64,000 nucleotides of DNA, from positions 263 to 64,262 of the forward strand of contig DAOUBK010000101.1 of the NCBI GenBank assembly GCA_034432635.1, given 5' to 3'. Below, piece after piece: positions 52,923 through 60,932 of this stretch (its first letter is position 1; each line of letters opens with the position of its first letter). A program made the translations under genes and the position numbers. The notes beneath the pieces were generated by a model. That model did no database searches. It saw only the letters and a list, made by a program, of their open reading frames with translations, and had not been told where the DNA came from. The DNA is from Roseiflexus sp. (GTDB lineage: Bacteria; Chloroflexota; Chloroflexia; Chloroflexales; Roseiflexaceae).

Positions 52923-54464
52923 TCATTCCGCCGATGTGCGTATCAGTTCGCGCGGGAAACCGCCATCGAAGGCGATGACCAGCGTATTCGGGCGCAATTC
53001 GCGCTCGACATCGCCTGTGCCAATGACCATCGCGTGGATGCGGACGCCACAACTCAGATGAATGATCGCTTCGACGTGCGGCGCTGCGATTGGCGGCTCA
53101 ACCACTAGGATGCGCTCGAAAACAGCGTCGGCGCACTGTGCCGCTGCGAACAGGCGCAATTCTTCGCTAGGACGCGCGCCGGCGGCAAAACGAACTTCGC
53201 GCCCTCGAATTTCATTCACCGCCAGCGCGCCGGATAGTGTCACAATCGCTATTGCTGCCGCACCGACGAATATGCGTAGGATAGGGATGCGCCTCTCTTC
53301 CCATGGGATGCGCTGCCCGACAGCACTGTCCCCTGTGCTTCCGGTCACGCCGGTCGCTGTTCGATGTGTTCCCAACGATGTGATCCATCCGACAAGTTTT
53401 GATGCGCCTGCCCCGATGAGGAGTGCGATTACCAGAACCGGCAGATAGAGGTAGCGCGAATCAGGCGCCGAGGCGAACGGTGCGGTAGGGATAAGGGTCA
53501 GGATCAGCGCCAGGAAGCCGGTCAGCAGAGACGCTCCTCCGCTCCGGAGTCGCCAGCAGACGAAGAGTACGCCCGCGCACGAGAGCACCACGAATGCGCC
53601 AGCCAGGGGCAACCACGCTTCCCGACCATACTCGACGCCGGGTAACGGCACAGCGATCAGACCGAGACTGCGGAGCGGGTTGAGGACAACCTGGATGCCC
53701 AAACCGTAGCCGCGCGCGCGCACCACGTCGTTGCGTGCAGCGACATCGAGTGCGACAACGAGATATGCGCCGGTGACCAGGAGCGGCAGAACGAGTGGAC
53801 ACCACTCAGGGCGCCGTCGCGCAGCACGCGCCGCCTGCCATTCCAGTAGCGCGAACAACGGCAGGCCGATGATTGCGCTCTCTTTCGTCAGCAACGCCAG
53901 TGCCAGCACCGCTGTCGCAGCCACACGCCATCCCCAGCGATGCGTCGCCTGTTGATCGGACCCTCCGGCGCTCCACCAGCAATGCGCTGCAAGCAGGAGC
54001 AAGCAGGCAGCGAGGAGTTCACTCTGCGCCGAAACCCACACCACTGCCTCGAACGGCGCCGGATGGAGCGCGACGAAGAGCATCGTCCCGCTGAAGCCGA
54101 CGATGGACGCGAGCGGCGACTGCGCCTTGATCAGGCGGTATGCCAGGGCGCCGGTGAGCGCTGCGTTGAGCGTGTGCAGCGCTAGGGAAAGGAAATGAAA
54201 GGCGCGCGCATCGAAGCCGAACAGTTGCCATTCACTCCATAGCAGCAACCAGACCAGCGGACGGTAGAAGTGGGATGCAGCACCCACATCGAAGGCGCGC
54301 GCTGCAACTTCCGGCAACGACCGATCTCGAACATTCAGCACCCATTGAAAATCATCGGCAGCGAATGCGCGATCGGGAACGGCACGATACGCGACGGATA
54401 CGGTCATTACTGCGACGACTGCTGTGACGATCATCAGCAGCGCATATCGTTGTGCAGCGGGCAT
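52923..54464 (-). CDS. Polytopic GT-C-like membrane protein (TMTC/DUF1736-type N-terminus) with a small C-terminal soluble domain
   Basis: The motif is ADDFQWVLN...HFYRPLVWLLLWSEWQLFGFDARAFHFLSLALHTLNA (DD loop, YRPL, H-x-x-N pattern). There are more than 10 TM helices. Confidence 0.55.
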   Translation of the reverse strand: MPAAQRYALLMIVTAVVAVMTVSVAYRAVPDRAFAADDFQWVLNVRDRSLPEVAARAFDVGAASHFYRPLVWLLLWSEWQLFGFDARAFHFLSLALHTLNAALTGALAYRLIKAQSPLASIVGFSGTMLFVALHPAPFEAVVWVSAQSELLAACLLLLAAHCWWSAGGSDQQATHRWGWRVAATAVLALALLTKESAIIGLPLFALLEWQAARAARRRPEWCPLVLPLLVTGAYLVVALDVAARNDVVRARGYGLGIQVVLNPLRSLGLIAVPLPGVEYGREAWLPLAGAFVVLSCAGVLFVCWRLRSGGASLLTGFLALILTLIPTAPFASAPDSRYLYLPVLVIALLIGAGASKLVGWITSLGTHRTATGVTGSTGDSAVGQRIPWEERRIPILRIFVGAAAIAIVTLSGALAVNEIRGREVRFAAGARPSEELRLFAAAQCADAVFERILVVEPPIAAPHVEAIIHLSCGVRIHAMVIGTGDVERELRPNTLVIAFDGGFPRELIRTSAE

Positions 54465-54507
54465 AGTGTGTCTGCGGATTATCAGGATGTACAGGCGATA
54501 ACGCTGC

Positions 54508-54828
54508 TCAATCGCGCAATGACCTGATCTGCTGGCAGAGCCAGTCGAACTGCGCCTGGTTCAGCACATAGCAGGTCGCCGGTCCCTCCGCTTCGGCATG
54601 AAGCAGACCGGCAGCACACAGGATCTTCAAATGTTGCGACAGTGTCGACTGAGCACGTGCCAGTTGCGCAGGCAGATGTAACTGTATCTGGTTGCCGATG
54701 CAGCGTGGATGACGTTGAACATAGCGCACAATTGCAAGACGGACGGGATGTGCAAGCGCCCGACACGCAGCAATCAGACGATCATCGTCGGATAGTGTCG
54801 CTATCATCATAGCAGACCTCTCCGCCAC
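54508..54828 (-). CDS. ArsR/SmtB-family transcriptional regulator
   Basis: The wHTH is LAHPVRLAIVRYV...STLSQHLKILCAAGLLHAEAEGPATCYVLN. The classic ELCVCDL metal site is absent. Confidence 0.8.
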   Translation of the reverse strand: MAERSAMMIATLSDDDRLIAACRALAHPVRLAIVRYVQRHPRCIGNQIQLHLPAQLARAQSTLSQHLKILCAAGLLHAEAEGPATCYVLNQAQFDWLCQQIRSLRD

Positions 54829-54896
54829 AATGTACGCTTCTCTGCGCGATATGTCAAGCGTGGTCTTTGTCTTGCAAAGACCCCGTCAGATTGTAT

Positions 54897-55371
54897 CCAC
54901 CCAGCGCGCCCCTGCAATTCCTGGATGGTTCGGATGGCGTACCCGTTCTGGCGCAGCAGACGGATGGTGCGGGAGGGACACAGAGCAGGAGGTCTGACCG
55001 GCATGAGGATACCGGTGCGTTGGGCTGCCTAGCGGATGGCTGTGTACGTCGCCGCTCTCGTCGAGATGGTGGTGTCGCTGCACAGGTCGCTCGCCAGGCG
55101 TGAGGTTGTCAACGAGGTGTAGCAAATCCGCTTCTACAGCGTCGGTTGTGTCATTTCATCCCCGCCCGGAACGAAACGACGTCGAGAACTGCCGATTCCG
55201 AACCCGCTCAGGGTCTTGACCGGCGTCCCGATAGAATTGCACCTCGAGTTCCGTAAGTTCGGGAGGACGATGCCCGGAACGGGGATAAGACCCGAAGAAG
55301 CGGATGAAATATCCCGGAAACCTGCTCAACCTGGTGAGCAGGCGAAAGAACGTTCGCAGATAGTACATCAC
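54897..55371 (-). pseudogene. Remnant of a tyrosine recombinase (IntI/XerD-like) gene
   Basis: The N-terminal SAM-like fragment (ORF 55156-55371, GGAGG SD) reads GYFIRFFGSYPRSGHRPPELTELEVQFY. The C-terminal fragment (54897-55019) reads RTGILMPVRPPALCPSRTIRLLRQNGYAIRTIQELQG, which resembles [32 protein letters not shown]. The catalytic core between them is missing. Confidence 0.45.
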
Positions 55372-55543
55372 ACCTCCTGATCTCTACGTTCTCGACAGAA
55401 TTACGTTCTGTGCGCATATACAGACGGAACAATGTTGCACGTCTGTACAGCCCGCGAAGGCGGGCTTCGCATCAGTGGCCCGTAGTCAGTCGCCTGGTTA
55501 TAGGGCGAATGCCGGTTTCTACACGATACCCGCGCACGCAATA

Positions 55544-55582
55544 TGCACGCAGTTCGACAATTCTGCACGTTTGAGCGACAAT
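55544..55582. repeat. Tandem direct repeat TGCACG-N5/6-CGACAAT (two units)
   Basis: The units are TGCACGCAGTTCGACAAT (55544-55561) and TGCACGTTTGAGCGACAAT (55564-55582), read directly. A further TGCACG lies at 55436-55441. Confidence 0.5.
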
Positions 55583-55591
55583 ACCCAGGCG

Positions 55592-56356
55592 TCAGGTAGA
55601 AAAGATCAGCTCACGCTGCGCAAATGAGTACACTGCCAGCGAAAGCAGTCCGAACACCAGGAACAACTGCGCAACAGGAACGACCGCCGAAGCGCCGCTG
55701 TAATCGCGGCTCACCGATATGGCGAAACCAGTGAAAGCCGGCAGTAGTGGCGTGCTCAAGACGGTGCGCAGAACATCCAGCGCCAGTGCCACTGGCGCTG
55801 GCAGCGTCGACATTGTTGAACCGCCGATCAGGTTCCCCGAAAACGCCAGTGCAACCAGTGCCAGAACTGCCAGGCGCCACGGCGCCGGCAGCACAATCGG
55901 CGTCAGTAGAGTCAGTAGCGCCGCCAGCATTGCCAGGTTCAGCAGCAGCGGCAGCGTTCCCAGCGTCCATCCGGCAATATTGAGACCACTCACCGGGTTC
56001 GTGAGTGCAATCAGTAAACAGATGATGCCATACACGCCCCACGATACTGCCAGAACCGCGAGATAGAGACCGATCAGATACGGACCGCGCCCCAAACGTC
56101 GCGCCAGAGTCACATATCCCTGGGGCCGGTCGCCAAGCGCAAGGATGGTCGAACCTGTGTACACAGTCAATCCCAGTGTGAACAAACCAGCCGTCGAAAA
56201 GAAATAGTCCGGCGTCATCGGCAGCGTCCAGCGACGGAAGAACAGATAATAGGCTGCGGCTGTCGCCGCCAGTTCAATCACGATCCGTCCCGAGCGCAGG
56301 TATTCGCTCAGCGTGAAGATGGCAAACCAGAATGTGCGTAGCAACGCCTGCATCAC
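55592..56356 (-). CDS. Six-helix membrane protein, probable permease partner of the adjacent ABC ATPase
   Basis: 254 aa with about six hydrophobic helices. A 4-nt overlap with the ATPase stop suggests coupling. No family motif was recognised. Confidence 0.5.
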   Translation of the reverse strand: MMQALLRTFWFAIFTLSEYLRSGRIVIELAATAAAYYLFFRRWTLPMTPDYFFSTAGLFTLGLTVYTGSTILALGDRPQGYVTLARRLGRGPYLIGLYLAVLAVSWGVYGIICLLIALTNPVSGLNIAGWTLGTLPLLLNLAMLAALLTLLTPIVLPAPWRLAVLALVALAFSGNLIGGSTMSTLPAPVALALDVLRTVLSTPLLPAFTGFAISVSRDYSGASAVVPVAQLFLVFGLLSLAVYSFAQRELIFST

Positions 56357-57378
56357 GGTTCGTCCGTCCGACTTTCCTGCGTCCGTTGATCTTCCCGACG
56401 CAGCAACTCGTGCAACAATGTGTCTCCAGTTCCTGACAGACCTGGAGGCGGAGGTGCGTCCAGCCTTCCATCACGATCTGCCTCGCCACGCACGGCGCTG
56501 AGGTAGAACTCCTCGACCGGGTGGAACCGTGGCGCGAGGGAGAGGATGGAAACCCCATGATCGAGCAACAGCCGCAAGACCTGCGCCTGCAATTCTGGTG
56601 TGTTGGGCGCCAGGGTTATTTCGCGCTGATTGCAACACACTGCGGTCGATAGCGCACTCAGCGCCGCTGCTACGTCGGGTGGCAGATCCACGACCGTGAT
56701 CACGACACTCCTCGACGACCGGCGAAGTGCTCGCGTTTCGGCTTCCGCGATCATATGCCCGCCATGCAGAATGCCGAAACGATCACACAGGAGATCCACC
56801 TCATCGAAAAAATGCGTCGCCATCAGTATTGTGCATCCGCGCTGGCGAATCGTACCGAGCAGATCGGTAATGTCGCGTTGCCCTTCCGAGTCGAGCTCAG
56901 ACGTCGGTTCATCGATCAGCAACAGTTCCGGCTGGCTGATCAGCGCCTGAGCAAAACCGACACGCTGCACCATCCCGCGTGTGAGGGCGCTCATCTGCCG
57001 GTTGACGACGCCGATCAAACCACACGCCTCGATTTCCTCGTCAACTCGCCGACGCAGCAGTGCGCCAGCAAGTCCGCTGAACTGCCCCAGGTAGAAGAGA
57101 TACTCGCGCACGGTGTAGCGCGTATGGTAGCGCAAACGTTCTGGTACGTAACCAACCCGCCCATCGACCCGATGCAGGTTCTCATCGCCGAGAACACGCA
57201 CGATACCGCGGTCTGCACGCAGAAAGCCGACTAGGAGATGGATCAGGGTCGTTTTGCCTGCGCCGTTTGGACCCAGCACCCCATAGACGATGCCGCGTGG
57301 CACGTGCAACGACACACCGCGCAGTACAGGTATGCCGTCGTATGATTTGTGGACATTCTCGAGCGCTATGACGTCCAT
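56353..57378 (-). CDS. ABC transporter ATP-binding protein (ABC-2/Nat/Ccm-type) with a C-terminal extension of about 100 aa
   Basis: Walker A GPNGAGKTT, signature LTRGMVQRV, Walker B LLLIDEPTSELD and an H-loop (ATHF) are present. The start at MDVIALENV (57378) is preferred; the 215-aa upstream extension of the listed ORF is Arg/Gly/Cys-rich and overlaps the NuoH-like gene. Confidence 0.85.
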   Translation of the reverse strand: MDVIALENVHKSYDGIPVLRGVSLHVPRGIVYGVLGPNGAGKTTLIHLLVGFLRADRGIVRVLGDENLHRVDGRVGYVPERLRYHTRYTVREYLFYLGQFSGLAGALLRRRVDEEIEACGLIGVVNRQMSALTRGMVQRVGFAQALISQPELLLIDEPTSELDSEGQRDITDLLGTIRQRGCTILMATHFFDEVDLLCDRFGILHGGHMIAEAETRALRRSSRSVVITVVDLPPDVAAALSALSTAVCCNQREITLAPNTPELQAQVLRLLLDHGVSILSLAPRFHPVEEFYLSAVRGEADRDGRLDAPPPPGLSGTGDTLLHELLRREDQRTQESRTDEP

Positions 57379-57382
57379 GAGA

Positions 57383-57417
57383 GAACTGAGAACCAGGAAC
57401 TGAGAACCGGGAACCGA
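57383..57417. repeat. Five tandem heptamers GAACTGA GAACCAG GAACTGA GAACCGG GAACCGA
   Basis: Read directly. They fill the 44-nt spacer between the NuoH-like stop (57423) and the ABC ATPase start (57378). The unit family matches that at 28795-28824. Confidence 0.6.
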
Positions 57418-57422
57418 ACACT

Positions 57423-58241
57423 CTATCCTGCCGCCAGGTGCAGATAGACGTTGACAATCAATGCTACAGGCAGGGCGCGCAGAAGGCACCAGCGCATCGT
57501 CGTGTGCAACGACGCCAGTGGAAGGGTACGGCGCGCCTGGCGCAACCCTGCAAGCAACACAGCCAGGAGCGCCAGTGCCATCATCGCTGCGATCCAGGGT
57601 TGAACGACGTCCGAGCCAGGAAGAATGCCGACTACAAACAGCGCCAGCGCCAGCCCTGCGCGCATCTGACGCGCCAGCTGCGCCAGCCACCGTTCGCCGA
57701 CATCGAGTCCTGCCTCCGCCCCAGACGGCGTCAGGCTGGTATCCGGAGCGAACGGACCCAGACCGGCGGCGGCAGCGACAGCCACCACCCCTACCAGGAA
57801 CAGGCAGAGCCGTCCCAGAACTTCGAGAGCACCCCATCCCACATCGCCCCACAGTGAACTTCCAACCACAATCCACAGCACCAGGCGGCCAGCCATGTTC
57901 ACCTGCGCTTCCCGAAGCGCTGCGCGTGCCACCAGCGGCGATGGCGCCAGGAGCCCGGCAAACGCCGGCACGAGGAATGCCCCTTCGACAAGCGCCCACA
58001 CCAGCGCCGGGCGCCCGACCCACGCAGAGGCGCCTGCCGGATGCAGGGGCCAGGGAAGCGCAACATATGCCAGAACGGTCAGAATAACGCTAGCGCCCGA
58101 CGCCAGACTATCGATACTCGTCGGGAAACGTCGCTTCGGCAGACGCAACGCGAGACCGGCGCCGTTGATTGCCAGGGTTACGGCGATGCTCAGCCCTGTC
58201 GCCAGGAGAACTGCAAGAATCAGTGTGATAACAATATGCAT
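57423..58241 (-). CDS. Divergent NuoH/HycD/EchB-like membrane subunit
   Basis: Polytopic, 272 aa. AALREAQVNMAGRL resembles the G-x-LR-x-x-AQ-x-ISYE block, and PFAPDTS...GAEAG resembles the PFD-x-x-E-x-E loop with the acidic residues lost. Confidence 0.45.
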   Translation of the reverse strand: MHIVITLILAVLLATGLSIAVTLAINGAGLALRLPKRRFPTSIDSLASGASVILTVLAYVALPWPLHPAGASAWVGRPALVWALVEGAFLVPAFAGLLAPSPLVARAALREAQVNMAGRLVLWIVVGSSLWGDVGWGALEVLGRLCLFLVGVVAVAAAAGLGPFAPDTSLTPSGAEAGLDVGERWLAQLARQMRAGLALALFVVGILPGSDVVQPWIAAMMALALLAVLLAGLRQARRTLPLASLHTTMRWCLLRALPVALIVNVYLHLAAG

Positions 58242-58271
58242 ACTGCGGTACTGCTCGCCTGCTGCGTCTTC

Positions 58272-58658
58272 CTATGGTTCCCCGGCAATTGTACGAATCG
58301 CTTCGATGATCTGCGCTGGTGTCGGCGGGCAACCATTGAGCGCCACATCTACCTTCAGGTTGGGAACGACAGCAACCCCGCCGCGTCCAAACGGATACCC
58401 GTCGATAGCGCACCGTCCAATAGCACAGATTAGCGCCCTGTGCCCCAACTCCTGAAGCAGCGCCATGAACGCCGTCCTCGTGCCGGGCGTCAACGGGCCT
58501 GTCAGCAGCAACACATCAGCCTCGCAGGGTGTCGTTGCCCAGTCAATATCGGCTGCGGCAGCGATTGCGGCAGTGATTTCCAGATCACAACCGCCGCACG
58601 AACCGGTGTTGAACCGGTAGACCCGTATCACGCGCTGTTCCTTTCGGTGCCTGTTCAT
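58272..58658 (-). CDS. NuoB / group-4 hydrogenase small-subunit homolog ([4Fe-4S] proximal-cluster type)
   Basis: RVYRFNTGSCGGCDLEI, ADVLLLTGPLT, GRCAIDG and NGCPPTP together provide four Cys in the canonical spacing. The start at MNRH (58658) is preferred. Confidence 0.8.
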   Translation of the reverse strand: MNRHRKEQRVIRVYRFNTGSCGGCDLEITAAIAAAADIDWATTPCEADVLLLTGPLTPGTRTAFMALLQELGHRALICAIGRCAIDGYPFGRGGVAVVPNLKVDVALNGCPPTPAQIIEAIRTIAGEP

Positions 58659-58707
58659 GCTGTGCTGCGCCGGGAACCAGAAACGAAACAACCTTCAACA
58701 CACGACG

Positions 58708-60213
58708 TCAAAACCGTACAAAGGTCAGACCACTGATAACATCGGCAATCGTTGCGATCAGCGGTTGCGGATACACTCCGATTGCCAGACTGATCCCCAG
58801 CAGCGCCATCACGACAATTGCCGTGATGAACGGCTCGGACGCCAGACGGCGCCGGGTCGGCAGATCGAGTTCGGTTGCGCCCGACAACACTGGCGCCTCA
58901 GCCACTGCTTGATCTTCGGGAGCGCCGATCAACCAGTCACGTGCGACGCGCGCCAGCGCCAGCAATGCCAGCAGTGTCGCGCCGATCAACAGCACGACCA
59001 TGGGTGCACCGTAGGATGCAGCAACCTGGTACAGCAATATCTTACCGGCAAAGCCACTCAACGGCGGCAAACCGATCAACGCTGCGCCGCTGCACAATAA
59101 GCCGCTTCCAGCAACGGGCCAGCGCCAGAGCATATCGCGTCGCATCGCCTTCGGTAGCCGTCCATCCGGTTGTTCCAGCAGCACCAGCGATACCATCAAC
59201 AGTGGAACCGCCAGCATCTGGTTGAATGCCTCGAACACCGCACCCATCAGACCAACCGGCGTGATCGTCGCCAATCCGAACAGGATCATTCCGGTATTAT
59301 AAACGACCAGATACCCGGCAGTGCGTCGCGGTCGATCCTGCAGAAGCGCTAGTAATGCACCGGCCAGCGCAGCAATCGCTCCCAGCCAGGTCAACAGCGC
59401 CAGTTCACGCTCGTTTCCGGCTACCAGGGTTGGAAAGAACTGCAAGACGCTGATCAGAAACAGCAGTCCCGTCGTGTTCAGCACCACAACGATGACCGCC
59501 GACGCCAGCGGAGAAGCGTCCTCAACCAGATCCGGCAACCAGGAATGAAATGGCACAAGCGCCATGCGTAACCCAAACGCCGCCACAATAAGCGCCAGCA
59601 CGAGGCGCGGCGCGATCGGATCGGGTGTGACGCCAGGACGGTACACATTGATCAGGACGAAGCCGAGATACGCTAGCGCACCGGCCAGCGCCATGAGCAC
59701 CAGATACTTGAGTGCTGACGCGATCACTTTTGGTTCCACCAGTCGTGATGTTCCGGGTGGAAGATCAACAATCGCAAGCACAGAGATCAACCCGGCGCTG
59801 ACCAGGAGCAGCGCCACTATCAGCGGCTCCTGAAGCAAAACGATCATCGCCGACGCAACACCGATGATGATGAGCGTCATTGAGACGAAGTGCTCGCCGT
59901 GCGGCAAACGCCACGTTGCCAGTATCATCAAAGCGATTACTGCCGGGAAACCGGCAAGGAACAAACGTCCAAGCGGATCGAGGTTGAGTGTCAGACCAAG
60001 CAACCGCACCGGCTGATCGACCGGCGCGAGGATCACCAGGGCACAGTGCGCAATCAGCGCGGCAATCGCCACCCCAATGACCAGTCGCGTCTCGTGGCGC
60101 AGCAGGAAACAACTCGCACCGAGCGCCAGAGGAAAGGTTATGAGAAGCACGTAGGGCATACATCCCGCCGGAATACGCTGACGCCGACACCGGCGTACAG
60201 CGATGGTTGTCAC
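58708..60213 (-). CDS. Mrp/NuoM/NuoN-type antiporter-like subunit
   Basis: About 14 TM helices with the Proton_antipo_M signature FHSWLPDLVEDASPLASAVIVV. A GTG start overlaps the upstream stop by 4 nt; an alternative ATG is at 60159. Confidence 0.75.
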   Translation of the reverse strand: MTTIAVRRCRRQRIPAGCMPYVLLITFPLALGASCFLLRHETRLVIGVAIAALIAHCALVILAPVDQPVRLLGLTLNLDPLGRLFLAGFPAVIALMILATWRLPHGEHFVSMTLIIIGVASAMIVLLQEPLIVALLLVSAGLISVLAIVDLPPGTSRLVEPKVIASALKYLVLMALAGALAYLGFVLINVYRPGVTPDPIAPRLVLALIVAAFGLRMALVPFHSWLPDLVEDASPLASAVIVVVLNTTGLLFLISVLQFFPTLVAGNERELALLTWLGAIAALAGALLALLQDRPRRTAGYLVVYNTGMILFGLATITPVGLMGAVFEAFNQMLAVPLLMVSLVLLEQPDGRLPKAMRRDMLWRWPVAGSGLLCSGAALIGLPPLSGFAGKILLYQVAASYGAPMVVLLIGATLLALLALARVARDWLIGAPEDQAVAEAPVLSGATELDLPTRRRLASEPFITAIVVMALLGISLAIGVYPQPLIATIADVISGLTFVRF

Positions 60214-60929
60214 GGTTTGTACAGGACACTGAGATCGAGCGTCTTGAGCCGTCCATACATCAATCCGCTCAAATACGCGACCGACAGCGCGAGGACGATT
60301 GTGGTCAGACTCAACAACGCCAGCGGAAACACCTGAACGGTGCTGGCAATAGCGGTATAGACCAGATCGATACTGCTGACGACCAGGAGTAACCCCAGAC
60401 CGATCTTCAACGTATCACCGGCGAGCACAATGGTAAACAGTCCGGTCAACCCCAGCCAGTACCAGGCAAAATCGACCGTCTGACTGCCGATTGGATAGAG
60501 GCGCGGAAGCGCAACGCTCGCCAGCGCTGCAAGCACCAGCGCCCAGAACGGCACAACATACTCGGCAAGGCGAAACGGTTCACCGGCGCGCTGTCGCTGC
60601 GCACGCCGCGCCGCACGGCGCAGTTCCGCCAGCGAGAATTCGTCGAGATCCTCCAGATTGTACTCCCGCGAAAAGGTCACTGCCGTGATCGCCAGAATAG
60701 CGCTGGCAGCAAAGCCGGTGATCATCTTGACCACAATCGTCGTGCTGAGCGTAATCTCGCCGACGGTCAGATCGGGCGTGATGAACTGCTGCTGCGCCAG
60801 AAACCACGCAACGCTGAGATAATTGATCAACATCGCTGGAATGGTAATCCGCCAGTCGCGCAGCAGAAGCACAATCCCGCTGGAGACCGCCAGACCGACA
60901 ATTGCCCAGTTGATCGCGAAGGTCGGCAT
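60210..60929 (-). CDS. 239-aa polytopic membrane subunit of unknown family (position suggests a HyfE/NuoJK-like role)
   Basis: Two blocks of hydrophobic helices are separated by a charged loop (EDLDEFSLAELRRAARRAQRQRAGE). The gene is tightly packed between the two antiporter-like genes. Confidence 0.4.
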   Translation of the reverse strand: MPTFAINWAIVGLAVSSGIVLLLRDWRITIPAMLINYLSVAWFLAQQQFITPDLTVGEITLSTTIVVKMITGFAASAILAITAVTFSREYNLEDLDEFSLAELRRAARRAQRQRAGEPFRLAEYVVPFWALVLAALASVALPRLYPIGSQTVDFAWYWLGLTGLFTIVLAGDTLKIGLGLLLVVSSIDLVYTAIASTVQVFPLALLSLTTIVLALSVAYLSGLMYGRLKTLDLSVLYKP

Positions 60930-60932
60930 CGA

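Noticed and set aside
52807-53052. N-terminal extensions of listed ORFs: the cyclase ORF to 53052, the ABC ATPase ORF to 58023, the cupin ORF to 34789, the mutase ORF to 19574 and the binding-protein ORF to 41501.
   Set aside because: The extensions are Arg/Cys/His-rich and overlap neighbouring genes or promoter elements. Internal starts with Shine-Dalgarno sequences coincide with the beginning of family homology.
54862-54882. Hairpin GGTCTTTG-tcttg-CAAAGACC upstream of the arsR-like gene, considered as the ArsR operator.
   Set aside because: ArsR/SmtB operators are usually longer imperfect 12-2-12 repeats overlapping the promoter. This 8-bp stem lies inside the recombinase remnant and may be a leftover terminator. 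It cannot be decided from the sequence.
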